NCBI GenBank assembly: GCA_012295275.1
Contig: CM022665.1
Location: 15,252,001 to 15,316,000 of the forward strand
Direction: 5' to 3'
DNA: 64,000 bases
Source: Chrysomallon squamiferum
Lineage: Eukaryota; Animalia; Mollusca
Part shown: positions 27,373-41,520 of the stretch, piece by piece
How the letters are laid out: the number at the start of each line of letters is the position of its first letter
Numbering within the stretch: position 1 is the first letter of the stretch
Notes under the pieces: model-generated
What the model was told of the DNA's origin: nothing
Database searches by the model: none
Seen by the model: the letters and a program-made list of their open reading frames with translations, nothing else
Translations under genes and position numbers: made by a program

Positions 27373-29547
27373 CTTTATTTTGTTTTTTTATTTTACTGAG
27401 AGCATAATAAGTTGTGTAATGACATCCATAGTATACCTTCTTAATTTAAGAAAAAAAAAAAAAAAAAAAAAAGTCTGAAGATTAGGCTTTTAGATTTTCT
27501 TGTATATATTGCAAAGTGTATATTCTGCAATACATACATACACACACAGTAATGTATATATATATCATCATCATCATCATTATATACAAAATACTGCATT
27601 GGTTACTCAGAATAAAAAACTAAATTATTTTAATAAAGAAAGAGCTTTATACATTTAAGCAGAAAAGCAAATAAAATTTCAGTAGTTGGTGATAAATTCT
27701 GTTAAAAGAAAAAAGCATTTTGTGTTACAGCACACATACCAACACACAGAGAGATCCCATCCATACCACCAACACACATGCATGTCAATAAAATTCAAAA
27801 TTACATTGTTTTGTGGAAAAACTTGTCCAGACATCCTTCCATCAGTCACTAGTAATAAAAGGTAAAAATAATTCCAGCATCTTTGAAACTACATTTAAAA
27901 ACAAATAAAAACAAATAGTGAAGCATGTGTTAAGTACTTTTTATTTATCAAGTAACGTAGATCTACGTACATGTTCATTACAAACTATTAATTTTTATTA
28001 TAGTGACATTTAGAGATTATTTTTATTCTGGGTTGGTTTATAATTGTATTGAACTTTAACTGAATGCTAAAGGGAAATTTTGCAAGATGATTAAAAAAAA
28101 AAAGTTATAATATATTTTAAAAAGATAATTAATTTAATAATATTGATGGCAATCTAATAAATAATAAGGATACTCTCAAAAAAATAAACTAAATAGCAAT
28201 ATGATGATGATGATGATGATTTAAATGTAATAATAATAGAGCAAAAAATTACTGATATAAAAATAAATATTTTAAAATTTGATACAGTACAAATACACTG
28301 TTCAGTAATATAATTTAATTTAAAAAAAAAGATTAATACCTAGTTTATATGCATTAATTCAAGCGATACAATTTTTGTTACTGTTTCAGCTGTACAATTT
28401 TTTAAACTAGTGATTGTAATAAAATGGCTAATAAATTGAAACAATTGGTGACAGAAAAATTATTGATCTGTTATGAGACAAGATCATTCCTAGATTGGGT
28501 GCAAATTGATCTCAAGCAGAATTCTGTTCAGATATCTTATCATATGATCCCAGGATTTATAGAGGACAAAGGGTTTAGAAAAGCATGCTCTTTCTTTACT
28601 TAATTTAATTAATAATGGCCTAGTTTATTCCTCATGATTTGGTAAAAATTTAATTTTCTTCTTCGTTATTATTGTTACCATTACTTTCTTAATTTCATTG
28701 CTAATGGTCTAGTTTATTTCATTTAAGATTGAATTTCATTTTATTTTTTTCCATCATCATTATTTTTATTATTATTATCATCATCATCATTGTCATCATC
28801 AAAGTTTTATTAAAATAGGCCAACTTGATCAGATTTTTTGGTGAAAATTCATCATCATCATTATTATTGTTGTTGTAGTTGTTATTAAGTTTCTGTAATT
28901 ATGTATGTTATTATGAATAGGTTTTTAAAAATTACTGTTGTTATTATTCCATTAAATGCCTTCACAAGACCTTACAATCTTGCTAGTCTGGTCTTCTCTG
29001 ATCCCAGGGCAGAAGGGAAAATCAAAACTGTATTGAAATAGGTTGTTGATGAATTTTATATTAAATCTTCAGATTACATATTTAAACAAATATATATATT
29101 TATAAATAATAATAATAATAATAAATAAATAAATAAAAATGAAGCCACAAATACATTTATAATTTTAAAAATTAACTTAAATCAACAACAAAATTTATGT
29201 GATGATAATGATGATGATGATGATGATAGTAACAATAATACCCTGTATTTTTGAAACACTGATATAAAGACTAAAAAACTTTCTTCTTTCATTTCTTAAA
29301 TTTTTAAAATTATCTTTGTCACCTTGAAATTAAGAAAACAAATGTCTCCTTCCTGATTTGTTTGTTGTTACTGTTCACAGATGGCTGTGGTCAGCCATCT
29401 TTGTTCCAGCTAAAACAGGGCTGATATTTAACCTTCTGATGACCTCTCCAACATCCTTGCACTGGTTTGATATGTGTCGCAAAAGGTCAGAGGAATGTTG
29501 TGTCCAAGCCAGACTTGTGAATGTGTAAGATCAAGAGTGAAAGAGAA

Positions 29548-29548
<1 letters not shown>

Positions 29549-29613
<65 letters not shown>
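29549..29613. repeat. (TG)n microsatellite
   Basis: Direct inspection. Confidence 0.95.
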
Positions 29614-29616
<3 letters not shown>

Positions 29617-31284
29617 TATATTTTATAATTGTGGGGGGAGTCAATGTATTATAGTGTATAGGTTTAAATTTATGTATATATGTATGTACATAATATGCTT
29701 ATCTGAGTGTAAGTTTGTGTATTTTGTATATATGAATAATATGTATATCTGTTATTTGTATATATGCTGGGCTAAGTGTATCTGTTACTTGTGAGTGTGT
29801 GTGTGTGTGGCTATGTGTATCTGTTATTTGTATTTATGGTGGGCTGCATGTATCTGTAAATGCATGTCACTGTGTAAATCTGTTACTGAGTGAGCATGTG
29901 TACCTTACAAACACTGGCAATTATTTCCTTGTTTGTGTCTCCTTCCTGCAGTCTCTTTGTCTGAACCCAGTCAGTGCTGTGATTCCTCGGCTAACAAAGG
30001 TATTAGCAGAGAGGACCCTGCAGACAGTCAATTCATGGCTTTATGACAGCATTGTCGATGGTCCAAGTGTCAGTTTGCTTCAAGCTCAGAGACAAATTAA
30101 TAATAAATTGATGATAACTGCCCCTTTACACACAGGACTAGCTTCAGGATGCCAAACACACATGCACGCACGCACAAGAATGTGGCCGTTAAGGATTTGT
30201 AGATTTTTTTCAGTTTCAGTTAATTTGTAATAATCTAAGAGGATGATGGTTAAGTTGTTAACAAAATAAATAAATATCATGTTCTGCTCTTCAGAATAAA
30301 TTTGTAATAATAAAATAAATAAATAAAACAGATTATGATATGTTTATGTGTATAAAGGATCAATAATATTAAATTATTTTGTTGTTTTGAAGCATTTACT
30401 TGCATGGAACATGACATTTGTACAAATTACTAGATAGGTTGGACATATACACACAAACTTTCATAATTAACACAGCTTGTTGTAAAATAATAGTTTACAG
30501 GGGTTAGAAAAACCAGATTTAATTTTTACCTCATGCCTAATTCTCATGGGAGATTTAATTATTTACATGGATGGCTTTGTGGACGAATTAATGTTTGGTA
30601 TGGACATCATTAAAATAGACATTTAATGTTAGGTTACTGTGTTTGTATTTTCTGGTAGCCATAACACAAGACCCAGATTACCTTGAGACAGACAGACCTG
30701 CGTGTCAGTTCTTGCATGTATGATTAAAAAATAATAATTAAGAATCTCAGGACCTTGATACAGGTTCATACAGTAGTAATATTAATGTTTCTTTTCTTTT
30801 CATATTTTCTTACAATGATTATCCATAATCCAGGTACAGAGTGTTATTATTACTGTTTCATTTTCATATTTTCTTTATCTTAACAATGATTATCTGTAAT
30901 CCTTGCATTGTGACTGTGCAGGTTTTAGAAACAGCTTCCTGTTTCACTTACTCTTGTTTCCATTACCTGATAAGGAAAACTGTGAGGCCATAATCTTGTA
31001 CGTTTTTCATTGCACTGTGTTGGGTGGCATGTAATAGTGATGAAATAAGACAGATCTCATCAGTGGATATTTCACATCATATTATACAGAGGTATATTCT
31101 AGTACACTGAAATTCTCCCTAACAGGCAACAGATAATAAACTTAAGATCCTGTTTCCTGCATTTCCCTCCTTACTCCCTGATCCAGAAATCGGTTTCCCT
31201 AGTGCATGATGAAACACATGTAATCTTGCCTAATAAAGTGCTTGCAGTTCACTGGGTTATTGTGTCAGTATTTTTTATTTTATT

Positions 31285-31321
<37 letters not shown>

Positions 31322-33813
31322 CTAATACTTTGCTCCTGGCATGATAAAGGTTGGGACATGTCTGGTCTTGAATGTACGAAAGTACACATGCCAACGTTAA
31401 TATTTTATGTCACTAGATTAATTAAATATTGCATCTGAATGTGCCTGACTGAACTGAATATTAAGTTGTTTTTGTTATTTCAAATGTAATGTTTTTTCCG
31501 AGTGTGTGTGTGTGTTTTTATAAAAGATACATAAAATTATGTGTGTACATCTGTATGTCTTTACCTCTGTATCTGTCTATGTCTGTATCTATCTCTGTAT
31601 CTATCTCTGTATATCTCTATCCATCTATATAAAGAACAGTTTCCTTATAAATAATGGCTTACAGAATCAATCCTTTTCTCTGCCTGTTCTATTTCCAGAT
31701 CCAACTAGTGCTCTGTGACTAGAACATCAAAGACTTTTCTAACTGCATAAAACATGTCTTGCTGTTTTTTAATCAGTAAATGTAGCCACGAAGTAGCACA
31801 ATACATATTCTCATTCTGATTTATACAGGTAAAAAGATAAGAAATACCAGTCCCAATTTTATCCATCTAAAAGAGATTCTGAATAATCAGTATCCAGAAA
31901 CAATCATAAACCTGTACAAGAAACATACAATTGATATAAAATAACTAATATTATAATATATTGAGATGTTTATAAATATTCATTCATTAATCCACAACAT
32001 TAAACCACTGGGAGGCAACAGCAGGTTTTTGCTCTCAAATGTTGTCATATTATAAATAATGCATGTTTCGACCTCTCATAATCTGTAATATTAAAATGTA
32101 TTGATATCTGTTAAAAGGTATTCATTCATGACTTATTTATTTGCATAATTAGAACAACAGCTGCAGAAAAATGAATAAATCTGAAAGTTTCCTTTTCTTC
32201 ATCTGTTTGGTTTATTACAGACCTTTGTGACAATAGATAAGTGGTTTAGTGTGAAGAATAGCTATAAAATAAATAACAGAATAGAGTGGAATAGAAATCA
32301 AAATAATCTTTCACATGGATAAGTGAATGTGTGTCCTATTATATACATGCGACTTCTTTTCATAATCTGTGTATGCACATCATCAGTAAGCATGCAATTG
32401 CTTTTAATATGTGCATGTATAAAATAATGTGTGGAATGAATGTGTGTGTGTGTGTGTGTGTGTGGGTAGATCTGTGTTTGTGTGTGTGCATGTGTGTGTG
32501 TGAGCATAAGAATATACATGCAAGGGCACATGCCTTGTCTAATCACATTGAAACAGTTCCAGAAGTGATTGAAAATATTTTTCTCAGTGATTAATTTACC
32601 AGTGATAATGAAAGACCCACTGTGGCAGGTGGAGAAACCATTTTGCAGATCCCATCTTGACTTTCATTAGCATCCATATCTGAGCAGTATGGCAGTAGTG
32701 GCTTTGTCTCTCTGCTTGGTCTTTCTCCCTCATCTTCATACAATTTATTAAGAGTCATTTTGACTGGCACATCTCCTGCATTGGTTCCTTCATTTATTGC
32801 AGTTCTAGCAGATTATTTGAAGACAGTCACTGGAAACTTTCAGACACCCATTCACATTTAAGAAATTCAGTAAACTGTTATATATTGTTTTATGAAGGCA
32901 TGACAGTTTTATTAATTCTTATGTTTTAGAGGTTTTTAATTTAAAAAAGTAAAAAAAAAAAAATAATAATAATAAAGGAATAATACTTAGGACACTTAAA
33001 AAAAAAAAAAAAAAAATGTATAAGATGAAATTGACATGCCTATATAAAATAATATATTACAAATTTACAGTTTACTGTAATTCTTAAATGTGAATGACTT
33101 ACTGAAAATTGTTTTTACTTTTATGTGTATATGTATATGTGTGTGTGTTTGTATATTTGTATACATATATATAAATTTGTTTATGTGTGGATGGGTATAT
33201 ATATTTAATATTCATTTATTATCTTTTTACTGCATTTTAATGTTAATTATATATTGCTCAGTAGCTAATCAAACAGTTTATAAACACTTATATAATATTT
33301 ACTTTAATTTTTGTAAAGGTTACAAAACAGTTTTTGCTTTCACATTAAATTATTGATTGTTCTTCCACTGAGCCATTTTCTTTGGGAAATCTGATTTTAC
33401 TTTTCTTTCTGGGTTTTTTTTCTCAGTTTTTATTATTCCTTTTGTTTAATGAATTATTCATAAGCTGATGCCATGACGTGAAAATTAACATCAGACTTCA
33501 TTTTTTTTAAAATAGAAATCTTTAGTTTGATTATCAAGACCTGATGTCTATAAAGCTTTTATTTTTTATTTATTTAGTTTTTGTTTTTGTATTTTTGAAT
33601 TTTTTGTTTTACTTTTCTTTAAAAAAAAAAAAAAATTATGATTGATCCCATTTTTATAAGAAAGTGTTATTTTCTGTTTTGAGGTTTCATTATTTCATAA
33701 TGCACAATTTTTTGTTTTTATTATTATTTTAACTGTAACATCTGGTTTTATTTAGGTTTTAAGAATTAATTTTCAAATTGATATAAATTAGAATTTAATT
33801 GCTTCTGTTTTTT

Positions 33814-33845
<32 letters not shown>

Positions 33846-34379
33846 CAAATTGCCATCTGCTTCTAGGCTTCTGTAAAAGTACATAAATTATACCTTTCCA
33901 TTCATTATTTTTATTTTTATTTTTATTTTATTTAATTTTTAATTTTTTTATTATTGTTTAATATTATCATTTATTTTTTCTTATCATTTTCTCGTACCAA
34001 TATATTTTCTCATCATGTGATATTTATTTATTAATTTGATATCAGGTAGAACAAGCTGGTGTGAAGTCAAAGAAAAAACATCTTTTAAGATTTGCTTTCA
34101 TACATTTATATTTTATCATTATTAAGTTTCATTCAACTAGTTTTTTAATGATGATATAAGAAATAAACTTATTTTTATCACACTGCAGTCTATTTGTATT
34201 TATGAGCAGTCATTTTTCATAGCCCTGTTCTAAAGACAGGAACAAACTTACCATGGCCTTTGACAAATAAGAAAAAAAAGCTTCAGAATTTTAACTTACA
34301 TTCTACTACTACTGTATATTATTATTAGATAAACAAAATTAGTATTATTGAATGCTTTTAATTTAGTAACTTAACAAGT

Positions 34380-34845
34380 TCAGTAGAAATAAGTATTGTA
34401 TCATTAGTATCAAGATGGAAGGTCAAATGTGCAATACAAAAATATAAGTTAGTTAGTGTGTTAGAAAGTTTTATATTAGTTAACAAGTTTAGAAGTTAAT
34501 GTTACAAAAGTGTAAGTTAGTATGTTAGAAAGTTTTATATTAGTTAACATGTTTTGAAGTTAATGTTACAAAAGTGTAAGTTAGTTTTAAATTAGTGCTG
34601 GAAAGTTTTAAGTTAACAAGTTAGCACATTAGCAAGTATATTAGAAAGTTAAAAATTAACTATTCTATAAATTTTAAGATACTATGTTACAAAGTTAGAA
34701 GTTAATGTGTTAAAAAATGAGTATGTTGGAAAGTCAGAAGTTGAAATGTTATAAAGAAGTTAATGTGTTCAAGTTAGAAATTATTATTCTACAAAATTAG
34801 AAGCTAATATTAGAAAGAAGTTAATATGTTAGAAAGTTAGATGTG
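34380..34845. repeat. Degenerate short-period repeat (aagttag/aagttaatgtt)
   Basis: Recurrent aagttag(a)aag..ttaatgtta, including a ~60-bp internal duplication at 34445-34585. Confidence 0.65.
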
Positions 34846-35409
34846 TTGGTGTAGTAAACATACACCTCTATAATCAGAGCTGAACAAGAAGACTTGAACT
34901 CACACTACAGGCTATGGACTGGTGATACCTATAATCACTGAGATGAAGGAAGATGAGATCTGTGTCTGGCAGGATAAGAGTGTTTCAGGTACAGACAGGT
35001 TACTGGGCCAATAAACTTTGATATGCTGATACCTTTAGTTTTAATTCCATTAATTCCCAGCAACTGCTGCATGAAGTGTAACATGACATGAAGCCAGATC
35101 ATCACACTGAATGGAAATAGGTTTAGACATTTTCAAATAAGTGCAAACAAACAAAAATTATGCTGTCTAGCATTAAAGCACATACATGTGAGTGTGTGTG
35201 TGTGTCTATGTGTGTGTGTCTGATAGCAGTAAAATACTTTGCAGCTTTTGACATTTGTTTTTCTTGTTTTATGTTTGAGGAGTTGTCTTTGTATCATTAT
35301 TATTATTATTATTTTATTTATTTTTACAGGGGGGAGGATATACCTACTTTGACATCCATAGGGCTATTTACAAAATAAATAACAAAAGATGTTTTTGCAA
35401 GAAACATAT

Positions 35410-35642
35410 GAAGAGAAAAATGTTTAATTTAACAATGCACTTAATAATTTTTAAATTGACTATTATAATTATTAAAGTGGAAACCCATTACTGCCATGCA
35501 GTGGGTAATTTTCTCACAGTATGATACCTAAAACATATTTTAAGAGCACTGGATGGAAAGTGAAACAGCGAAGTATGCAGACTAAGGAGGTTTGATCTTC
35601 TGATCCAAGAATCCCCAGTCACAGGCTTGACCATTTAGCAAA
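35410..35642 (-). mobile_element. Degenerate, internally deleted SINE copy
   Basis: Reverse tail (aaaaatgtttaatttaacaatgcact), ggaaacccattactgcca segment, and a reverse tRNA-like head (tttgatc...gaccatttagc). Confidence 0.4.
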
Positions 35643-38329
35643 GCTTACTGCCTTTTTGCTTAAGGAGACTTGGGCATTTGATGTTAAAGACAAAATTGTC
35701 CAGTGCTGTTCAAGTTAAGTGGCAGCTACAGACTAATCAGAAACTATTCACTGTCTAATGGCTGGTAATTGTACTGTGTAATTCCAGGAAAGAATTCAGT
35801 AACATTTTACTGGCAGTTTCTTCTATAACAAGTCTATTATTGTACGGCAACATTTTTTAAATATGAATTTTGTTTTCTTCTAATTTTATATTTATTATTA
35901 TTTTTATAATTATAATTATTAAAGAGACAAACCTGTGTGTATATGTATATTTATATATGTATGTTTATGTTGTGTGTGTATGTGTGTCAGTGTGTGTGTG
36001 TGTGTGTTTGTCAGTGTGTGTGTGTGTGTGTATTTGTATGTTGTGTATGTGTGTGTATTTCGTTGACAGATGAAAAATAAGTACAAATTAATGAATTAAT
36101 ATTTGTTTAATATTGCAGTAATTTGAATATTTATGGCTGTCATTTGTATTATATATCTGAAATAACAATGAGAAGAAAAACCTGCTGCTGGTAAAGTGAT
36201 GTGCTATAGCACATTGATTAGAGTACATAACTATATTTAATATTAAAACTACATGTTTGGTTGTTTTTTTTTTATTGTTTTTTTTTTATTTTTTTAAATT
36301 TTGTTCTCTCCACTGATGTTATTGTATTCAGTATTAAAACAAATACTTTTTGTTTCTATCTGGTGATGTTACTGCATGTAATATTATAGCCACGTATCTT
36401 TTATTGTTTCTAGTGATAATACTTTACTATAGTACAAAAAGTACAGATTTTTGTTTGGTGAAATGATTATGTAAAGTATTAAAAGCACATGAGTTTTGTT
36501 GGTGATAATACTGATTGTGCTGTTAAAAAGACAGGATTTTGTTGTCTCTAGTGGTCAAATTATTGTCTTTACTTTTACACAAGAGAGACAGAAACAGAAA
36601 ATTACTGTATTGATCAACAGACTGAGAAGCTCAATTTTAAAACTGGTTACCTAACATTTTATTTGTAAAAGTCATGCATCCACATAATATGTTTTAGAAG
36701 ACACTTTTCTAATTTGCTATTACAGTATTGATTTTCTTCTTTTTCTCAGGCTGTTGATCTTTCGTTTTATTTTTTGTGTTTTTTTTTTTCAACTCTGGCT
36801 TCCTGTCTAGATTGTTTTTCTCTTTGTCTTTGTTTGGTTCATTGTCTCTCTCTGTGTGTGTGTGTGTGTGTGTGTGTGATAGGTTCTGATCTTTCTCTGA
36901 CCTAGATTAGTCTCATTTATGGCTTCATTTGTTACTATCAAACAAAGTACATCATCTTTGTCATTTCTTTCATTCTTTTTTCTTTTTTTTAATTCTCTTC
37001 TGCCTGAAGGTGTATGTGTCTAATTGTCTGTCTGATATTTTGAAGTGTGTTAGCTTGTGTCAACTATATGTGCCAAATCACATACATACATACATACATA
37101 CATACATACAAATAAACACATATATATATACATATTACATACGACATACATACATACTTACACACATATAGGTACATATAAAAACACACACACACATACA
37201 GATATGTATACCTACATACATATTTTGTTGATCTGGTCTTGTGTATATGCCTCTGCATGCATGCATGTGTGTGTTTATGGATTATTCAGTATATCTTTGT
37301 GTGAAATAGATTGAATGTATCAAAGCATGTGTGTGCTTTTATCACTAATGACTGAGGTTTTGTGAGATAAGCTATATGTTTTTTTTGTTATGTTGTCTGT
37401 TTCTTGTCAGAATAGTTTATATTTTGAGAAAGAATGTTATTGTTTTGTTTTTCCTTTCTTCTAAAACTCTGTAAATATATGAAGCAGCTAATTAAATTAG
37501 AACTTAATGCCACAGGCAAATATGAAAACAAAATTTTTGTCAAGTGCACCAAATATTTAGTTATATTTCAAGTATATTTTCACATTCCAGTAAAATAATT
37601 TACAACAAGATATGATTGTGGCATGCCATTTATAGTGTGTACACATGAATTGGATGTACATTTGCTTAAAGTAGATATACATGTATATTTCCACATATAT
37701 ACATAATATAATACATCTAATACTATATATCTTCTGACTACTCTACATTCATTTAGCAGCAAATACAGGTCTGTATCTTTACATACTCTAATTTTTTAAT
37801 TTAAAAATGATCTGAAGCTACTGTAATGTAATTAAGAACATACAATTTTTAGTATTTCTTTGTGAAGGGTGTAAATAAATTATAACCAGCAAGACATTGT
37901 TATCAGCAAATCTGCAATATTTCTTTGCACAAGTAGTTTAGTCTGGTTGTTCTGTTAACTAACAAATGATCTTGAATTGCTAATGAAATTATGTCTGTAG
38001 TCTGGTTAAGAGTAGTTAGGTTTTTTTTTTTTTTACAGAAACAGGTTATTATTATTATTTTTATTTTTTCTTCTTTGTTGAGGACACTAAGGTAAAGGTG
38101 AACATATTGACATGCTTCTTGGAATCAGCTAAAGTCATGAACGCCTGCCCTGGTTACATAATTTTACCTTTGGCATCTAATGTGACCCACACTAAAAAGG
38201 ATATTTTGTACCCATGGACTTTAATATGTGTATTTTGTGTGTTCATTTTGTGTGCATTATCTGTGTTGTTCATTGTGTTACTTACTATAGGTGTGTGTAG
38301 ACCTCTATTATGTTTCTGTCTGTATTGTG

Positions 38330-38376
38330 TATGTATATGTGTGCATGTGTATGTTTGTGTTTGTGTGTGTGTATGT

Positions 38377-38436
<60 letters not shown>
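38330..38436. repeat. Compound (TG)n-(GA)n microsatellite
   Basis: Direct inspection. Confidence 0.9.
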
Positions 38437-39096
38437 AAGAGAGACTTCAGAAAGACAGTAGCAGTTAATACAAATAGGTGGGTTGTTACAATTTGCATGT
38501 ATAGGATTTATGGATATATAGTGTGTGTGTTGCTCTTCATGGGATAGATGAATATAATGTATCGCATATAGTATATGTTAGTGTTGTTTGTATGACAAAC
38601 AGAGGGAAAATGATTAAAAAATATTAATTAAAAAATAGATACACCCGCACATACACACACACACACACACACACAAACACACAGTGTTAGTAATGTATGT
38701 TTCTTTTTAATTATTGATACTAGAATAGTATACAGGTAAATCTCCAGTGGTCAGGATTTACTTATGTAATCCTCTAAAAAAAGAAAGAAAAAAAGAAACA
38801 TGACTCAGCTTTTAAAAAAATAATGACAGTTACATTTCATTAAACATTTGGCAGTTTTCTTGACTATCCCAGAGGGAGAGGTCTAGTGATATGCCAGCAG
38901 GGGGTGGTACAGTTACACTAATGATTTAGTCATTTAGTATGTTTCATTATCACTTGATCGTAGATCCAGTATCTATTTTTTTTGTTTTACCTAGCATGTT
39001 TGTCAGCTCTATATTTATGTCAGTAAACTTATTTTTTTCCTTTTCATTGTTTTTATTTATTTATTTTTTTTTTACTTTAACTATGATTTTATTATT

Positions 39097-39136
<40 letters not shown>

Positions 39137-40539
39137 AAATTTAAAGGTCATTTGTAAAATAAACCAATACACAGACAATCCAAACACAGATACTTTTCAC
39201 CCATTTTTTTTTTTTTTTTTTTTCTTTTTTTTTTTTTCTTTTTTCTGTGTGCTAATCTGACCCAAATTTCTCATTTCTATTTCTGGTTGTATTATTGTTT
39301 CCTTGGAACTGCAGCCGTCAACTCAGACAGACATATATATTTGTTTAGTCAGCCTAGAAATCACTACAAACAGTTCAGAGACCCCATCGAATCTAATCAA
39401 GAATCAACGGGGCAGAAAGCAGACTGCTGTTGAACCTGCCCAAGATAATAGCTTGGACTGTACAACAAGCATACCTATCACATGTTTTAAACAAACACTA
39501 TTTCTTAAAGGGGCAGCATGACTGTAATAGTAATCTGTTACATTTTAAAACTTTTTAAGACTTGTGTTAGATTCCTTTTAGTCTTTTATTGTTTTTCTGT
39601 TTAATATTATTATTTTGATTATTTTTTTTTTTTTTACTTATTTATTATTATTATTATTATTATTTTTTTTTTTTTTTTTTCACCTATTTATTTATTTTAT
39701 TGTTATTACTTTTTAAAATGTATTTATGTTTTTGTTTCTTTTTGGCATGAATGTTCTTGGTGATGTAATGGATACAACTTTTTGATTATTTGGTGGGTTT
39801 TTTTTTTTCAGTTTGTTTTAAAATTGGCTTTTTCATCTTTAAGGACCATTTAATAACAGTTATAAATTATCATTTATTATTACAATGATAAAATGTATTA
39901 TGTTTAAAACCACATTTTTAATTCATATTTCATTTATTTGCAAATTTTATTATCTGTTTATTCAATTTCAAAATAATAAATAAAATAAAATAAAATAAAA
40001 TAATAAATAAATAAATAAATAAATAAATACATAATATGATGACACAGCAAGCCAACCCATATAGAGTAACACCTGTAACAAATAGGAAGCAGGTTTCTAC
40101 CTGGTTATATACATATATATCATATATCATAAAAATAGGTGTCATTAATGGCTGATAACAATGATAATATGAATAATGGCTAATATGGACAAAATGCTAT
40201 GTAATAATGATGATGATAATGATGAGAACAACAGCAGCATACATAATATTATGCATAAAGCATTCCTTATATTATTTATGATATACCTCTGGAAATTTGT
40301 AGCCTTGAAGAACAAAGAGATATGTATAAACAAGTAATAAGTCTGTTATTTCACAGGTTTGTTATTTCTGTCTGTGATGAGTTAATATTGCATGTTATTG
40401 TTACTCATGCCACTTCAGTTTATAAATATGTTTGTCCAGTACTGATTCTTGGATTGGATAATAAGATGAGTTATGTGTTCTCACTATTCAGATTGTCAGT
40501 ATGATGTTAAACTGAAGCATGGTAAGCATAACAAAAATT

Positions 40540-41520
40540 ACACAATTTAATCTTCACTGAAATCAGAAATTGTTTTATTTAGTCTTTATTGATATCAGAA
40601 ATTGTATAATTTGAAACATTACTGATATCAGAAATATGATTTACCCTTTAATGATATCAGAGATTACATGATTTAGCTTTTACTGATATCAACTATTGTA
40701 TGATTTAGTCTTTACTGATAATAGAAATTGTATGATTGAGCTTTACTGATATCAGAAATTACATGATTTAGCCTTTACTGACATCAGAAATTGTATGATT
40801 TAGCTTTTCTGATACCTGAAATTTTATGATTGAGCTTTACTGAGACCAGAATTGTATGATTTAGCTTTACTGATATCAGAAATTGTATGGTTTAGCTTTA
40901 CTGAGACCAGAATTGTACGATTTAGCTTTACTGATACCAGAAATTGTATGATTTAGCTTTACTGATACCAGAAATTGTATGATTTAGCTTTACTGATATT
41001 AGCTTTATGATTTAGCTTGATGATACCAGAAACATGATTTAGCTTTACTGATACCAGAATTGTACGATTTAGCTTTACTGATATCAGAAATTGTATGATT
41101 TAGCTTTACTGATATCAGAATTGTACGATTTACCTTTACTGATATCAGAAATTGTATGATTTGGCCTTTACTGATATCAGAAATTGCATGATTTAGCCTT
41201 TACTAATATCAGAAATTATTTGATTTAACATTTACTGATTTCAGAAATTATTTGATTTAGCCTTTATTGATAACAGAAACAGTATTAAATAGTCTTTACT
41301 GATACTAAAAATTATATGATGTAGACTTCAAAGATGCCAGAGATTGTATAATTTAGACTTTATTTATGCCAGAAATTATATGAATTAGGCTTTTCTGATA
41401 ACAAGTAACAGCATTAATTAGCCTTTATTGATACCAAAAATTGTAGTGTTCTAATACCAGGAATTTTATGATTTATCTTCTGTTGATACAAACATTTTTA
41501 TTTAGACTTTACTGATAGCA
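40540..41520. repeat. Minisatellite, 31-bp unit tttactgatatcagaaattgtatgatttagc
   Basis: About 30 head-to-tail copies, near-identical in the centre and diverged at the edges. No unique spacers. Confidence 0.95.

Noticed and set aside
27955-27968. 14-bp perfect palindrome ACGTAGATCTACGT
   Set aside because: Isolated, and a few palindromes of this length are expected by chance in 64 kb.
29474-30230. CV-repeat ORFs here and similar CV/HT ORFs elsewhere (24455, 35870, 37057, 38098, 60546)
   Set aside because: Artefacts of (TG)n/(CA)n microsatellites.
39303-39521. 72-aa ORF after a pyrimidine tract
   Set aside because: Non-ATG start, no convincing donor, and no similarity recognised.
40540-41520. 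CRISPR-like array (31-bp repeats with an internal palindrome)
   Set aside because: The units are directly head-to-tail with no unique spacers, there are no cas genes, and the context is a eukaryotic intron.
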